A stretch of DNA of 64,000 nucleotides from a virus (taxonomy: Duplodnaviria; Caudoviricetes): positions 22,651 to 86,650 of the IMG/VR virus record IMGVR_UViG_3300048890_000142, one strand, 5' to 3'. Both the position numbers and the translations under genes were made by a program. Within the stretch, counting starts at the first letter, position 1. Every line of letters begins with the position of its first letter. The notes beneath the pieces were generated by a model. It was not told where the DNA came from. It saw nothing but the letters and a program-made list of their open reading frames with translations, and searched no databases. Below are positions 62,281 to 64,000 of this stretch, in pieces.

Positions 62281-64000
62281 GTGTCGGATCCTACCACGGG
62301 TGTAGTGGACAGCGGAGCGGATCGGGAGGACGGCCGGGGGTCCGGCCGTGCGCCCGGCTGGGCGGGGGGCGCGCCGGCCGGTCCCTACGCCGCGGCCGCG
62401 TGGGCCTACCGGGAGGCCGGCTGGGAGGGCGTCCTGCCGGTGGTCGGCAAGGACGCCAACCTGCCCCGGGAGTTCACCGGCCGGGCCGGGGGCTGGCCCA
62501 GCGACGAGCAGGTGGCGGCCTGGGTCTCCAGCCGCGGCGCGGACAACCTGGCCCTGCGGCTGCCGCGCGACGTGCTGGGGATCGACGTCGACGCCTACGA
62601 CGGCCGCCTGGGCCTGGAGACCGTCGAGTGGTACGCGGAGCAGGCGGGCGAGCCGCTGCCGCCCACCTGGTACTCGACCAGCCGGCAAGACGGCTCCCGG
62701 ATCGCGCTCTACCGGGTGCCGCAGGACGTGGAGTGGGTCTCCGACCTCGGCCGGGACTCGGGCGTGCAGGTGGTGCGGCACGGGCACCGCTACGCGGTGA
62801 CCTGGCCGTCGAGGCATCCCAGGACCGGCGGCACCTACCGGTGGTACCGCCCGGACGGTTCCCCGGCGGAGGGCCCGCCGTCCCCCGGCGAGCTCGCCGC
62901 GCTGCCGCCGGCCTGGGTGCGGGCGCTGTCCCGCAGCGGCCGGCCGGCGGGCGGGCCCGGGTCCGGGGCGCCGGGGGGCGGGTACCCGGCGACGCCCAGG
63001 CCGGAGGGGGGCTGGGCGCGGGAGGACCGCCCCGCGCTGGACCAGGACGGCCGCGCGGTGGACGTGCGCCGGGTGCTGCTGGAGGGGCTGCCCCCCGGGG
63101 AGCAGCAGAACGGGCTGTTCTCCTACGCGTGCAGCATGCGGGCGCGGGGGTTCCACCGCGACGAGATGGTCGCGCTCGGGATGATCGCGATCCAGCGGAT
63201 GGTCAACCAGGACCCGGCCGACCCCTGGACCCCGGAGCACGTGGCCCGGCTCGTGGACCGGGTGCGCCGGGAGTACCCGCCGGGCGGGTACGGCGGGATG
63301 CCGGCGGAGCTGCGGGAGTTCGCGGCGCGGGTGGCCGCCGGCGGCAACGGACAGGTCCGGGACGCGGGGGAGGGTCTCGGGACGCCGGAGGGCGGCGCCC
63401 GGGTGGGCCGGGAGCCGGCCCGCGACCCCGCGGCCACGGACCTGGGCAACAGCGCGCGGGTGGTGCGGGTGCTGGGGGACCGCCTGCGCTACGCCGCGGA
63501 CCTCGGCCGGTGGCTGGTGTGGGACGGCCGCAGGTGGGCGCCGGACGCGCTGGAGCGGGCGCTGCACCTGTGCGGGGAGGTGGTGGACGACGTGCGGCGC
63601 ACCGCGCTGGCCGCCGACGACCCGGCGGACGCCCGCCGGTGGGCGGCGTGGGCGCACGAGTCGGAGTCGCTGGGCAAGCGCACGGCGATGCTGCGCGGCG
63701 CCCAGGCCATGCCGGAGCTCGCGATCCTGTCCAGCGACCTGGACTCGGACCCCCACCTGCTGGTGGTCCGCAACGGGACGGTGGACCTGCGTACCGGGAT
63801 ACTGCGCGAGTCGCGACGGTCTGACCTGTGCTCCCGGATGGCCCAGGTGGACCACGAGGAGGGCGCGCCCTGCCCCCGGTGGGAGGCGCACGTGCGGTTC
63901 CTGTGCGCGGGCAGCGAGGGCCTCGTCGCCTACCTGCGCCGGGTGGCCGGGTACACGCTGACCGGGGACGTCGGGTCCCGGGCGTTCTTCTTCCTGGAGG
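62281..64000 (+). CDS. Bifunctional primase-polymerase / PriCT / D5-type helicase (partial, runs off the window)
   Basis: GAAGGGAG RBS, GTG 62281; NLALRL..VLGIDVD, YAVTWPSRHP (Prim-Pol), QQNGLFSYAC (PriCT), TDLGNSAR..WLVWDGRRW (D5_N). Not in the ORF track because it has no stop in the window. Confidence 0.88.
   Translation, partial: MSDPTTGVVDSGADREDGRGSGRAPGWAGGAPAGPYAAAAWAYREAGWEGVLPVVGKDANLPREFTGRAGGWPSDEQVAAWVSSRGADNLALRLPRDVLGIDVDAYDGRLGLETVEWYAEQAGEPLPPTWYSTSRQDGSRIALYRVPQDVEWVSDLGRDSGVQVVRHGHRYAVTWPSRHPRTGGTYRWYRPDGSPAEGPPSPGELAALPPAWVRALSRSGRPAGGPGSGAPGGGYPATPRPEGGWAREDRPALDQDGRAVDVRRVLLEGLPPGEQQNGLFSYACSMRARGFHRDEMVALGMIAIQRMVNQDPADPWTPEHVARLVDRVRREYPPGGYGGMPAELREFAARVAAGGNGQVRDAGEGLGTPEGGARVGREPARDPAATDLGNSARVVRVLGDRLRYAADLGRWLVWDGRRWAPDALERALHLCGEVVDDVRRTALAADDPADARRWAAWAHESESLGKRTAMLRGAQAMPELAILSSDLDSDPHLLVVRNGTVDLRTGILRESRRSDLCSRMAQVDHEEGAPCPRWEAHVRFLCAGSEGLVAYLRRVAGYTLTGDVGSRAFFFLE

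Overview
The window is most of a high-GC, tailed dsDNA actinobacteriophage genome. The capsid and tail genes look siphovirus-type, in the style of mycobacteriophage cluster B. WhiB and DUF397 genes suggest a filamentous actinomycete host (inference). Layout: (1) a GH25 endolysin alone on the minus strand at the left end; (2) a plus-strand late arm, 1.06-29.5 kb, which opens with a six-gene sugar-synthesis/glycosyltransferase block fused transcriptionally to terL, then lysis/membrane genes, portal, a 2H-phosphoesterase-prohead protease fusion, two capsid proteins, tail genes with a predicted -1 frameshift, tape measure, baseplate and a further glycosyltransferase; (3) a minus-strand early/middle arm, 29.6-62.1 kb, with WhiB, DUF932, a catalytically altered GDP-mannose-epimerase homologue, SSB/AAA/Cas4-like recombination genes, SNF2 helicase, RuvC, PolA, SPFH, two DUF397 genes, an Acb2/Tad1-like hairpin protein, RtcB and many small ORFs; (4) a plus-strand primase-polymerase/D5 helicase that runs off the right end. 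I found no integrase, no canonical tRNA and no Ro60/TROVE gene. The best candidate for an undescribed system is a ~480-nt non-coding unit at 43.26-43.78 kb with its own promoter and terminal hairpin. It holds two circularly permuted, anticodon-less tRNA mimics (Leu-like and Gly-like, with YrlA/Y-RNA topology) and a free Cys anticodon stem-loop, in a phage that also encodes RtcB. All family calls come from motif recognition by eye; no searches were run.
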